Shown here: piece by piece, positions 26,540-34,844 of the stretch
Layout of the letters: each line of letters opens with the position of its first letter
Position numbering within the stretch: position 1 is the stretch's first letter
Virus record (IMG/VR): IMGVR_UViG_2788499822_000003
Location: 3,818-67,817 of that record
Origin: a virus
Taxonomy: Duplodnaviria > Caudoviricetes
Length of the DNA stretch: 64,000 bases
Direction: 5' to 3' (one strand)
Notes under the pieces: model-generated
What the model was told of the DNA's origin: nothing
The model's database searches: none
What the model saw: the letters and a program-made list of their open reading frames with translations, nothing else
Position numbers and translations under genes: made by a program

Positions 26540-26789
26540 CACCATCATCAATTTCTTTTTGAACCGAAAAAAATCTGAACAGCAACAGACTATCGAGACG
26601 GCCAATGAGGCCAGCCGAGCATCTGCTGACATTACCCGCCAGGACGAACAGGCGACCGAACATGACATCACTGAATCAGAAAAACAGACTGATACCGCTA
26701 TTGCTGATCTTCATTGTGCTGATAGCGTGCGCTCCAAAAACCGTATCGCTGCCGAAGCAATCAATCGTGCCAACCGTCCAATGCGGTGA
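26511..26789 (+). CDS. Putative i-spanin (Rz-like)
   Basis: N-terminal TM segment followed by a periplasmic helical region. Confidence 0.6.
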   Translation: MWSAIVTFISTIINFFLNRKKSEQQQTIETANEASRASADITRQDEQATEHDITESEKQTDTAIADLHCADSVRSKNRIAAEAINRANRPMR

Positions 26790-26970
26790 GGATAAACCCG
26801 ATGAAAGTCTCCCGGATTATCCAGTTTTTAACAACGATTTGGCGGCATATAGCGACGCCCAAACAGAATGGGCCATCAAAGCCGCTGGAGTCTTTGAGCG
26901 CAACCGGATCCTCCGCGCCAACACCGCAACCTGTATCCACAGACTCCGTGCCCGCGGACTCATCAATTAA
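26662..26970 (+). CDS. Putative o-spanin lipoprotein (Rz1-like)
   Basis: Overlaps the i-spanin in another frame; lipobox-like LIAC and Pro-rich mature region. Confidence 0.6.
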   Translation: MTSLNQKNRLIPLLLIFIVLIACAPKTVSLPKQSIVPTVQCGEDKPDESLPDYPVFNNDLAAYSDAQTEWAIKAAGVFERNRILRANTATCIHRLRARGLIN

Positions 26971-26986
26971 ACCTGAGGTAAAACAA

Positions 26987-27349
26987 ATGTCTTTTTCTCT
27001 TTCTGCTGTAGCCACAGCGTTGACTACCGTTGCAAGCGCCGTTAAGGCGAGCGAAGTGATTTATGAAGCCGGTGCTCAACTGATTCAAATCGCTGAAAAC
27101 GCCTATTCAAATGCTTCCGGCAGTGGAGCTACGAAAAAGGTCGCCGTGCTAGCCGCTCTCGAAGCGCTTTGCACTGAAATCGGCGAAGACTGGAGCACCA
27201 TAAAGGCCGAGATTAGTGCCTGGATCGATATGGTTATCCAGACATGGAATACTCTGAAATCGTTTGTCACTCCGATGGAAGATCCGACCCCCGTTGCTGA
27301 CGCAAATCCCACTGCTGTTGACGGAACGGCAACCGAGGAAGCTGTCTAA
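26987..27349 (+). CDS. Hypothetical protein (amphipathic helices)
   Basis: GAGG RBS before MSFSLSAV; AENAY...GSGATKK is reminiscent of LL-H holin-like proteins. Confidence 0.55.
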   Translation: MSFSLSAVATALTTVASAVKASEVIYEAGAQLIQIAENAYSNASGSGATKKVAVLAALEALCTEIGEDWSTIKAEISAWIDMVIQTWNTLKSFVTPMEDPTPVADANPTAVDGTATEEAV

Positions 27350-27381
27350 TAATTTCCTGTGAAAAAGCTATAAGGGGAATC

Positions 27382-27708
27382 ATGGAAAACCAACACCGTA
27401 AAATCTCCGGCTATAGGGATTTATTACCGGAAGAAATCGACCTGATGAACCGCATCAAGGTCAAGGGCGTCGAACTGCTTGCGCTTCAGGCTGAGTTGGC
27501 CGGCCGCCTGTCTACAGAAATGGAGCTGAAGATGGTTGCCGCTCGAGCATCTAAGTTGTCGCCGGAAGATGAAGGAAGTGACGAATGCGTCGAATTGCGC
27601 CGCTTCCAACAGGCCGAACCGCAACGCTGGGCCGCTATCGGCAAGACTGATATACAGACCGGCATTATGGCGCTGGTGCGAGCCGTTGCACAGCCGATGA
27701 CCTGTTAA
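27382..27708 (+). CDS. acb2: Anti-CBASS cyclic-oligonucleotide sponge Acb2
   Basis: NQHRKISGYRDL..EEIDLMNRIK and AEPQRWAAIGKTDIQTGIMALVRAVAQP match the conserved ends of Acb2. Confidence 0.85.
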   Translation: MENQHRKISGYRDLLPEEIDLMNRIKVKGVELLALQAELAGRLSTEMELKMVAARASKLSPEDEGSDECVELRRFQQAEPQRWAAIGKTDIQTGIMALVRAVAQPMTC

Positions 27709-27792
27709 CCAGTGCAAAAGTCAACTTCCTTTCCCTAATGGGCTTTGGCAAGAAAGACGCGTTATAATCTCCTGAAATTTCGGGAGGACTTT

Positions 27793-28047
27793 ATGAGTTA
27801 CAATCTGGGAAATCTTTCAAAAGAAGACATGGACAAGGTCAATGTGGAAATTGCTGCATCCGGCGTCGCGTACAAGGAAAGGCTCAACATACCGGTAGTG
27901 GCGCAGCAGGTTGAAGCCCAGCAGCCAGCAGAGATGAGGGCATATTTTCTGGAGAGGCTAGCGCATTATCGCAAGGTAAGCATCGATTTTCCAAAGGGAA
28001 CTGCCCCGGTGTATCAGCAGATGGCCGATGCCAACGGCAAGAAGTGA
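27793..28047 (+). CDS. holE: DNA polymerase III theta subunit homolog (HolE/Hot)
   Basis: NLGNLSKEDMDKVNVEIAASGVAYKERLNIPV...YFLERLAHYR; GGAGG RBS. Confidence 0.9.
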   Translation: MSYNLGNLSKEDMDKVNVEIAASGVAYKERLNIPVVAQQVEAQQPAEMRAYFLERLAHYRKVSIDFPKGTAPVYQQMADANGKK

Positions 28048-28110
28048 TCCCCAAGCCACACCGGCGAAAGACCCACTTTCCTTATGGGCCTGATAGGGAT
28101 TATTAATAAA

Positions 28111-28992
28111 CTACTCGCCGGTTTTTAGTTTTAGATAATTCCATTCCAAACCGCGATTATCATTATATTTATCAGTCATTTCTTTGTGCCTATGCCCTAA
28201 CAGGCGCTGAGTATCAATGCCGCTTTCTCTGTAGATACGCTCGGCGAGCGAACGTTGTTCATGAAATGATGGGGGAAATTCCCAATGCCCACTAGGAAAT
28301 GCGGTATCTCTGGCAAATTTAAAACCGTAGCTCAGGGAAAATGCATGCACCGGTTTATTTCCCAGCAGATAATCGTTACCTGGACACGATTCGATGATAT
28401 CACCCAAGGATATTTCGAGGGCAGGGCATTTTAAAGTCAATGGTAGCGCAAGCAGGTAGCCTGTTTTCTCTTGTTTGACATGTAAATGTTCATCAAAAAC
28501 ATCGGCGCGCCGCATTTTGGCAATATCTCCCCGCCGCTGCGCCGTGCTCAATGCCAGTAGCATGGCATGCGGCATGTATGAGCGAGATAGGTCCTGAGAA
28601 ACAGAGAAAATAGTTCTCCAATCCTGTTCATTGAGCCGGGATCGTTTCACCGGTTCGTGAGGAGATCGTAACGGTAATGCGGGGCTATAGGCAACCCATC
28701 CATCAAGCCATGCTTCGCGAAACAAATCGCTGATTATGTGAAATGCTGTTTTAGCTGCACTCGATTTACTGTTATTCTCATATACAGCAATGAATGTTTG
28801 TAGCATTTTTGGAGTAATGTTTCGGAGTCGTTTACCGCCTAAATCGGCAGTTAACCGGGTGAGGACCGCTGATTTGTTCCGGATAGTTTTTAATTTATAA
28901 TTTCGTTTCTCAATAATGGATTTATAAACGAGTATCCAATCTGCTAAAGTTTTATTTGACCGACGAGTCCATGATGGATATGTGTTTAACAT
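28111..28992 (-). CDS. Tyrosine recombinase, lambda-Int-like, lacking the N-terminal arm-binding domain (copy B)
   Basis: TAQRRGDI (R), EKTG (K), FHEQRS (HxxR), LLGH, KY (Y) all intact; 293 aa. Confidence 0.85.
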   Translation of the reverse strand: MLNTYPSWTRRSNKTLADWILVYKSIIEKRNYKLKTIRNKSAVLTRLTADLGGKRLRNITPKMLQTFIAVYENNSKSSAAKTAFHIISDLFREAWLDGWVAYSPALPLRSPHEPVKRSRLNEQDWRTIFSVSQDLSRSYMPHAMLLALSTAQRRGDIAKMRRADVFDEHLHVKQEKTGYLLALPLTLKCPALEISLGDIIESCPGNDYLLGNKPVHAFSLSYGFKFARDTAFPSGHWEFPPSFHEQRSLAERIYRESGIDTQRLLGHRHKEMTDKYNDNRGLEWNYLKLKTGE

Positions 28993-29062
28993 AATTATGC
29001 CTTAAGAAACCGCTGGATCTAATGTCCAGAATCCCCGCTGGCGCAGGGAACATTTAGAATTA

Positions 29063-29470
29063 CTAAACTGATTTTAAGACCGGTTTTGATACAAATTTGC
29101 AGATTCCATTGATTTTTTCGATGTGAATTTGCACATTAATTGCGGCCCGCCATAGCAACTCAAAATCACTGCCCTGGTCAATATAAATATTAATTAGGTC
29201 TCGAGCATTAAATTTATTATATATATCAATTGGTTTGACGTACTGAGACAGTCCTAACCATGTATTTCGATTCTTTATATGCAATTCCATCTTGTTTGGT
29301 AATTTTGCATGATGGCTATCGTTATTTTTTTCGTCTAGATGCATTTTTAATGCATTGAATGCGCAATGCGTGTTAAATTTTAGTTCATAATAATTTGAGC
29401 ATGAAAATTCATAGGAAAATTGATGCCATTGACTAACTAATCTGAAATAAAAATTGTTATCCATATGCAC
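29063..29470 (-). CDS. Hypothetical AT-rich protein
   Basis: 135-aa ORF starting 1 nt after the HTH gene stop. Confidence 0.55.
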   Translation of the reverse strand: MHMDNNFYFRLVSQWHQFSYEFSCSNYYELKFNTHCAFNALKMHLDEKNNDSHHAKLPNKMELHIKNRNTWLGLSQYVKPIDIYNKFNARDLINIYIDQGSDFELLWRAAINVQIHIEKINGICKFVSKPVLKSV

Positions 29471-29471
29471 C

Positions 29472-29957
29472 TCAGTTTTCTGCTATTTGATTTTCTGGAT
29501 CTTCAATATAGGATTTTTTAGCATAGTAGAGTTGCTCGATTGATACGCCATCTGGCAACAATGCGTTATTTCCAGACATATCGATGACGGTACCGTCACT
29601 ATGAATTGCATAGAGTTTTCCGTCTATATCGAACCATTCGCGCGTTTCCACATCGAGATCAATGCGCATATTGGCGATTTGCATTGATGGCATATAAATT
29701 ATGCGTTCATAACCGTCCTCCGTTACGAATTCCATTGCAATTTCATCAGCAGCGGCGGTTATAGCCCGGATGCGGGCATACATGAAAGACAACATGCCCC
29801 GGATAGCCTCGTCCGGGATTTCGTTTTCACCCGTGGCCCACCTGCGGATGGTTCTGTCGGTTACGCCAAATAATTCAGAGAGTGGCATTTTCCAATGTTT
29901 ACCAAACATGGATTCGGCCATTTCGGTAAAATATTCAATTTTGTCTAATTTGTTCAT
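29472..29957 (-). CDS. HTH protein (Aca-like N-terminus) with additional acidic C-terminal domain
   Basis: GKHWKMPLSELFGVTDRTIRRWATGE HTH. Confidence 0.7.
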   Translation of the reverse strand: MNKLDKIEYFTEMAESMFGKHWKMPLSELFGVTDRTIRRWATGENEIPDEAIRGMLSFMYARIRAITAAADEIAMEFVTEDGYERIIYMPSMQIANMRIDLDVETREWFDIDGKLYAIHSDGTVIDMSGNNALLPDGVSIEQLYYAKKSYIEDPENQIAEN

Positions 29958-29971
29958 AACAGTGGACTCTA

Positions 29972-30325
29972 TTAGTTAGCGTATACATAGCAAACGGATT
30001 GACCGACCCATGAGCGCGGGGCGCGTTGAAAATTGTGCCGTCCGCAGTTATTTTCCTCGCAAATCCAGGATTGGCCGTGTTTGAGGCCATTGCGTTCTGC
30101 GGTCTCAGCCAATTCGATATACCGACCCATTTTTAAAGCATCAGGTTTGTACTCTTCATACAGTTCGAAATCCTGCGCTGCACTCTTCGCCTTTGCCCAA
30201 GACTGGCGAAGAGCGGATGCAAAAATTTTAGAAATTGGTTCTTTGCGACCCTGAGCAACACGTTTGCGAGTCAGTGCCCATGCCTGTTGCATGATGGATT
30301 TTGTGTCGTAGATGAATTTAGTCAT
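29972..30325 (-). CDS. Small unknown protein, first gene of operon B (anti-defence candidate)
   Basis: Start MTKFIYDTKSIMQQAW; directly downstream of a promoter carrying an inverted repeat. Confidence 0.6.
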   Translation of the reverse strand: MTKFIYDTKSIMQQAWALTRKRVAQGRKEPISKIFASALRQSWAKAKSAAQDFELYEEYKPDALKMGRYIELAETAERNGLKHGQSWICEENNCGRHNFQRAPRSWVGQSVCYVYAN

Positions 30326-30376
30326 TTTGGAGCCCTCGGCTGTTGGGAGTTGCTCGAGCCCCTCCCCTTGAAAACA

Positions 30377-30410
30377 ATAATACAACTTGTCCGATTTTCG
30401 GACAAGTTGT
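30377..30410 (-). promoter_or_regulatory. Sigma70 promoter with overlapping 13-bp perfect inverted-repeat operator
   Basis: TTGTCC-17bp-TATTAT on the minus strand; ACAACTTGTCCGA-TTT-TCGGACAAGTTGT at 30382-30410. Confidence 0.75.
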
Positions 30411-30447
30411 TTATTCAATATTTCGTGATATTCCTAGCAACGATTGC

Positions 30448-31338
30448 TCAGATGATTATTTTCCTGAACTCCCGACCCCGGTCATCATCGTACCTGTCGG
30501 TTGTGCGCTGGTATTTATGCCCGAGCAGCCTTTGAGTGTTGATGCCCTGGTCGCGGTATAGCCGCTCCGCGAGAGACCGCTGCTCATGAAACGAGGGCGG
30601 GGTTCCCAACCATTGATCGCGCGGGAATATCGCATCCCTCACTGCCTGGAATCGATGCGATAACGAATGGACCATGATTTGCCGGTGCGACAGCAGGAAA
30701 TCATTGCCGGGACACATATCAATGACTTCTCGTACAGAAATACCCAGAGCATCTAGGCGCAAATCTAGCGGTATGGCAATTTTGGCGCCGGTCTTCAGTT
30801 GCTCGATATGCAGATGGTCATCGAAAATCTGCTCGCGCCGCATAGCTGAAATATCGCTACGCCGTTGTGCGGTGACGAGCGTCAGTAGCATGGCGAGAGG
30901 AAAATAGTCCGGTGATTGGAATTTTGCGGCTAAATAAATCCTTTGCCATTCATCAACCGTCAGCCGATCTCGCTTAACGACATCATCCGGGACTAGGACT
31001 GGCGTGACGGGATTTTTGTTTATCCATCCGCTGAATTCTGCTTCGCGGAAAACGTCTTTAATCAGAAAGTGCGCAATGGCCGCCGATCTCGTTTTTCCCT
31101 GGGCAACGTAGAAATCGAGAAAATATAAGACATGGTGCGGTGTAACGGACCCGATAGGCAATGGCCCAATAAAGCGATTTAGGACCGAAAGCATCATGCG
31201 TTTATGCTGGAGCGTTGTCCTGGCAAAATTTTTGGCCTGCAGGCGTTTCTCATAAACGGTTAACCAGGTTGAAACGCGGCGATATGACGGGTTGGCCCAG
31301 CCGGCGGCAACCGGCAGGATAGCATTCATAATACCCAT
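30448..31338 (-). CDS. Tyrosine recombinase, lambda-Int-like, lacking the arm-binding domain (copy A)
   Basis: TAQRRSDI, LKTG, PPSFHEQRSLAER, LLGH, RYDDDRGREF; 296 aa. Confidence 0.85.
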   Translation of the reverse strand: MGIMNAILPVAAGWANPSYRRVSTWLTVYEKRLQAKNFARTTLQHKRMMLSVLNRFIGPLPIGSVTPHHVLYFLDFYVAQGKTRSAAIAHFLIKDVFREAEFSGWINKNPVTPVLVPDDVVKRDRLTVDEWQRIYLAAKFQSPDYFPLAMLLTLVTAQRRSDISAMRREQIFDDHLHIEQLKTGAKIAIPLDLRLDALGISVREVIDMCPGNDFLLSHRQIMVHSLSHRFQAVRDAIFPRDQWLGTPPSFHEQRSLAERLYRDQGINTQRLLGHKYQRTTDRYDDDRGREFRKIII

Positions 31339-31400
31339 TGAAATTATTCCTCATGACAGTTATGGACCTGCCTGCACGGCAGTAGCCAATGAGGATGATT

Positions 31401-31631
31401 TCAGACGTCCTTTAAGGGCCGCGCTATCAGTTTGTACTCCGGGTGCATATCAGCTAGCAAGAGCAACAATTCGTATTCGCCAATATTCAAAGAGCGTGTG
31501 CCTTTTTTGGCATTCTCTTTTTGCTGCCAGCTTGTGAGTGCGTAACCGAAACGTTCAGCGCACTCCTTAAGCGTCATCCCGGTAGCGATACGTGCCGCGC
31601 GGACTTCATCCGGCGTTGGCTTATTCAACAT
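31401..31631 (-). CDS. Small XRE-type HTH protein (Aca-like)
   Basis: TPDEVRAARIATGMTLKECAERFGYALTSWQQKE; overlaps the upstream small gene. Confidence 0.75.
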   Translation of the reverse strand: MLNKPTPDEVRAARIATGMTLKECAERFGYALTSWQQKENAKKGTRSLNIGEYELLLLLADMHPEYKLIARPLKDV

Positions 31632-31890
31632 CGTTAAAAACCGTAGTGCATCCCATCGAGTTCAAAGCATGAATAGAGAGATTGCGACGGTTTTGTTCGC
31701 AAAAATCTTCATACTCGGCGCGTGAAAGGCTTTTCCCACGAATCTGATTTACGCGTGAGCCATTTGATTCAACGTACAGCATGATGTTGTCGCCATTTTC
31801 ATATGCTGAAACATTCACGTTGTGACCAAGATTTTTTCCGTTGCGGAAAGCGGTAGTAGACGCATTGCCAACAATTTCGATGAATTTCAT
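31621..31890 (-). CDS. Small unknown protein, first gene of operon A (anti-CRISPR/anti-defence candidate)
   Basis: GGAG RBS, 89 aa, lies between an IR-containing promoter and an HTH gene. Confidence 0.65.
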   Translation of the reverse strand: MKFIEIVGNASTTAFRNGKNLGHNVNVSAYENGDNIMLYVESNGSRVNQIRGKSLSRAEYEDFCEQNRRNLSIHALNSMGCTTVFNDVE

Positions 31891-31932
31891 TTTATTCTCC
31901 AGAACAGTAAGTTATCTCGTTTCGATGAGTTA

Positions 31933-31960
31933 ACTATACTCTCAAATGAGAGTAATGCAA
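31933..31960 (-). promoter_or_regulatory. Sigma70 promoter with 8-bp inverted-repeat operator
   Basis: TTGCAT-16bp-TATAGT on the minus strand; TACTCTCA-AA-TGAGAGTA at 31937-31954. Confidence 0.7.
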
Positions 31961-32205
31961 GAAATAAAAACAGGATCTTAATCGCAAGTTTTATCACTCA
32001 TCGCCGTGCTGTCGAAAGAGTGCCCGTTAGCCGTGACGCTGAAACTCTATACAGCAGAGCTCGGGGATTTAAGTAAACGGCGAATGCCGCCCGTTACCGG
32101 CTCATAGTGGCTGCGCAGGCCATGGCAGAAGAATGTGCGCGCGGACAAAGAAAAGCTTTTTGTGAGTGCTATCGTGCTTTTACCGATAACTACTTAAGGA
32201 AAAGC

Positions 32206-32496
32206 ATGTCCATTCAAGAGGTATTTAAGACCGTCCATATTGATAAAGAAGACCAAGATTTTTGGCGATATGAAATATCATGGATTACGCCTGAAGAAAA
32301 AGTATTGGTGAGAGTTTCTAAGTCATTGCCGGATAAGAGTGCTACACAATATAGTTCGGCCATAGATTTTTTTGAATTTGAGATACCCGTAACCAAAACC
32401 CCCCAAGGGAAGGTCATCATGCGTCCTAATGATGTTCTTATTAGTAAACAATTAATTAACAGATGTATAGAACACCGAGAAAGTTTCAATAAGTAA
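32206..32496 (+). CDS. Hypothetical moron protein
   Basis: AAGGA RBS before MSIQEVFK; own terminator. Confidence 0.55.
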   Translation: MSIQEVFKTVHIDKEDQDFWRYEISWITPEEKVLVRVSKSLPDKSATQYSSAIDFFEFEIPVTKTPQGKVIMRPNDVLISKQLINRCIEHRESFNK

Positions 32497-32500
32497 TAAG

Positions 32501-32524
32501 AACCGCCTCCGGGCGGTTTTTTTT
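32501..32524 (+). terminator. Intrinsic terminator
   Basis: AACCGCC-TCCG-GGCGGTT plus T run. Confidence 0.8.
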
Positions 32525-32576
32525 CAATGGAGCGAATATAGCAAATATTGAACTCTCTCAGGCCCAGCTGATACGT

Positions 32577-32798
32577 ATGAATCTGCTTTCCACCCTAAAC
32601 TGCGATACAGCTGCGGCAACCTTGGCGATTGAATTTGTGCAGGATGATCCCCTCAACTATCAGATGTTCATGCAGCAATACGGTCGCGTAACTACCGAAA
32701 GCGAAGTGGTCGCCAGAACGCTCAAAGCGTTCAAGGAATCGCAGGAGGCGCTAGCCTTGTTTTCGATCGAAACAAACACCTCAACAGCAACCAGTTAA
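32577..32798 (+). CDS. Hypothetical phage protein
   Basis: 73-aa ORF in the late region. Confidence 0.45.
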   Translation: MNLLSTLNCDTAAATLAIEFVQDDPLNYQMFMQQYGRVTTESEVVARTLKAFKESQEALALFSIETNTSTATS

Positions 32799-32801
32799 CA
32801 G

Positions 32802-32839
32802 GCATTACAGCAGGCATTTTAGAGTGCCTGTGATAATGC
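32802..32839. other. Imperfect hairpin common in lambdoid lysis-to-terminase regions
   Basis: GCATTACAGCAGGCA-TTTTAGAG-TGCCTGTGATAATGC. Confidence 0.5.
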
Positions 32840-32923
32840 GCAGGCAAAGCTGCCATCAACTCCCTCATGCCCGCCAAGGGCTCGGTTGCTGATGGCTTTT
32901 TTATTTTGTCAGGAGCACATTCT

Positions 32924-34381
32924 ATGCAGGTCACTATCGACGGTGTCCAGTATGTGCCTGTCTGTAATCTGACTCATCGAATTGGCATCGCCATAACCAC
33001 TCATAACCGTCCAGATGTCATTAGCAAATCGCTTGAAAAGCATTTGAAATATTTGCCTACTGGCGCGTTTGTGTTGCTGGTGGATGATGGTTCACTGCCG
33101 CCGGTAGTCGAGCCAGAAGGTGTGTATCTCATACGCCATGATAAATCGCTGGGTATCGTTGCATCTAAAAACGCCAGCCTTTCTGCGTTGATGGATGCCG
33201 GGTGCGATCATCTATTTCTCTGGGACGATGATGCGTATCCGATAGCCGATAACTGGCATTTGCCTTACATCGAATCACCGGAACCACATCTGGCGTATCA
33301 ATTTATCGATCTCGCCGGGCCGCGCAAACTGCACGACATCGCAGAGTTGTACCGCGATGACCGGCATGTGGCATACACCGGACAGCGTGGCGTAATGCTG
33401 TATTACCATCGCAGCGCTATCGAGAAAGTCGGTGGGTTCGATCCGGTCTATGGTCGCGGGATGTACGAGCATTCCGATCTGGCGCTACGTATTCACAATG
33501 CCGGGCTGACATCCTGGGCATTTGCGGACGTGGTTGGTTCCGACAAACTGATCTACTCATTGGATGAGCATGAGCAGGTTGCCCGGTCAGTGCCGCAATC
33601 GAATCGCGAGGAACAGGTTAAACGCAACGTCAAAATCCACAACGAGCGGCGCGACACGGGCTATACCGGTTACGTGGAATATCGGCTTCAACGCAACCTG
33701 TGCATCACCACGTTACTGACCAGCCAGAACGACCCGCAGCGCAACACTAAATTGAAAGCATCACCCGACCTATTGAGCAAATGGGCTGCATCCGTTCGTG
33801 GTTCCGATGCCATTATCTTGGCAGACGAATTAACAGCGGCGCCCGCCGGCGCATCAATCAGTACGGTTCCAGATGTTCGCATGAATGTCTATTTCCGCCG
33901 CTGGTTGCACATCTACCAATATTTGCGCGATCATCCTGAATACCGTCTGGTCTGGTGCACGGATGGGACCGATGTCGAAATGCTCCGAGAACCATGGCAG
34001 GACATGGAGCCGGGTAAAATCTATGTAGGCTCCGAGCCTAAAACCTACGCTGATGCGTGGGCGAGGGAGAAACACCCAGAGCGGGTTTATCAGCAGTTCA
34101 TCGAACAACACCCTAACGAAACTATGCTCAATGCCGGTTTGCTCGGCGGCAACCGCGAAGATGTAATGGCGTTCGCTCATGGCATTGTTCGGTTATATTA
34201 CCGCATCGAAAGCCAGAGATTCTGGAAAACGGAGCAGGCCAGGGCTGCTATTGGCGATATGTTGGCCTTTAGCATCGTGGCAAAGGCGTTAGGTGACCGT
34301 ATTGTAACCGGGCCGCGTGTGCATACCGTGTTCAAATCTGACGGAATCGGGAGGGAGTTTGCATGGTGGATGCATAAGTGA
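32924..34381 (+). CDS. Two-domain glycosyltransferase (GT2 plus a second GT-A domain)
   Basis: IAITTHNR, LVDDGS, LWDDD in the N-terminal domain; WCTDGTDV and LNAGLLGG in the C-terminal domain; AGGAG RBS. Confidence 0.82.
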   Translation: MQVTIDGVQYVPVCNLTHRIGIAITTHNRPDVISKSLEKHLKYLPTGAFVLLVDDGSLPPVVEPEGVYLIRHDKSLGIVASKNASLSALMDAGCDHLFLWDDDAYPIADNWHLPYIESPEPHLAYQFIDLAGPRKLHDIAELYRDDRHVAYTGQRGVMLYYHRSAIEKVGGFDPVYGRGMYEHSDLALRIHNAGLTSWAFADVVGSDKLIYSLDEHEQVARSVPQSNREEQVKRNVKIHNERRDTGYTGYVEYRLQRNLCITTLLTSQNDPQRNTKLKASPDLLSKWAASVRGSDAIILADELTAAPAGASISTVPDVRMNVYFRRWLHIYQYLRDHPEYRLVWCTDGTDVEMLREPWQDMEPGKIYVGSEPKTYADAWAREKHPERVYQQFIEQHPNETMLNAGLLGGNREDVMAFAHGIVRLYYRIESQRFWKTEQARAAIGDMLAFSIVAKALGDRIVTGPRVHTVFKSDGIGREFAWWMHK

Positions 34382-34484
34382 CCAAAACAAAATACAATCA
34401 GCAGTGGCTAGGGTCGCCCCCGAAAAGCGGTTTCGTCACCGCCTGCCCCCTTCCCTTATGACGAGCAACTTAGACGAGGTTGTT

Positions 34485-34760
34485 ATGGGAAAAATCTCTG
34501 GAAGAGAGCTGCATTTCCTCAATCGCATTGTTCAATTTAAGCAGGAGAGAATTTCTGAGGTAGACGTACAAGATGATGAGATTCTGATGGTTGACTCCTT
34601 GGTGCATCAAGGATACTTGGTTGTTAACTTCTTCGATCGTGACAATAACGGCGGATACCATAGCCTGATGCAATATTACTCTCTTACCGACCTTGGCATT
34701 GCTGCCCATAAAAAAGAGTGGAAGTGGAGAGGAATTCCAAATTCAAACAAAGGTCGCTAA
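34485..34760 (+). CDS. Hypothetical moron protein between the glycosyltransferases
   Basis: GAGG RBS before MGKISGRE; hairpin with T tail after the stop. Confidence 0.5.
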   Translation: MGKISGRELHFLNRIVQFKQERISEVDVQDDEILMVDSLVHQGYLVVNFFDRDNNGGYHSLMQYYSLTDLGIAAHKKEWKWRGIPNSNKGR

Positions 34761-34844
34761 GGCGGCTTTTTCTATATCCGAATTTTTACAGCAGGCTGCC
34801 ATCCGGTGGCCTTTTTTTATTGCCTTTTACAAGGTGGCCCTTGC

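Noticed and set aside
28111-31338. The prophage's integration integrase, or a second nested prophage/IS
   Set aside because: Both proteins lack the arm-binding domain, lie mid-genome, and no flanking att direct repeats or terminal IRs were seen by eye.
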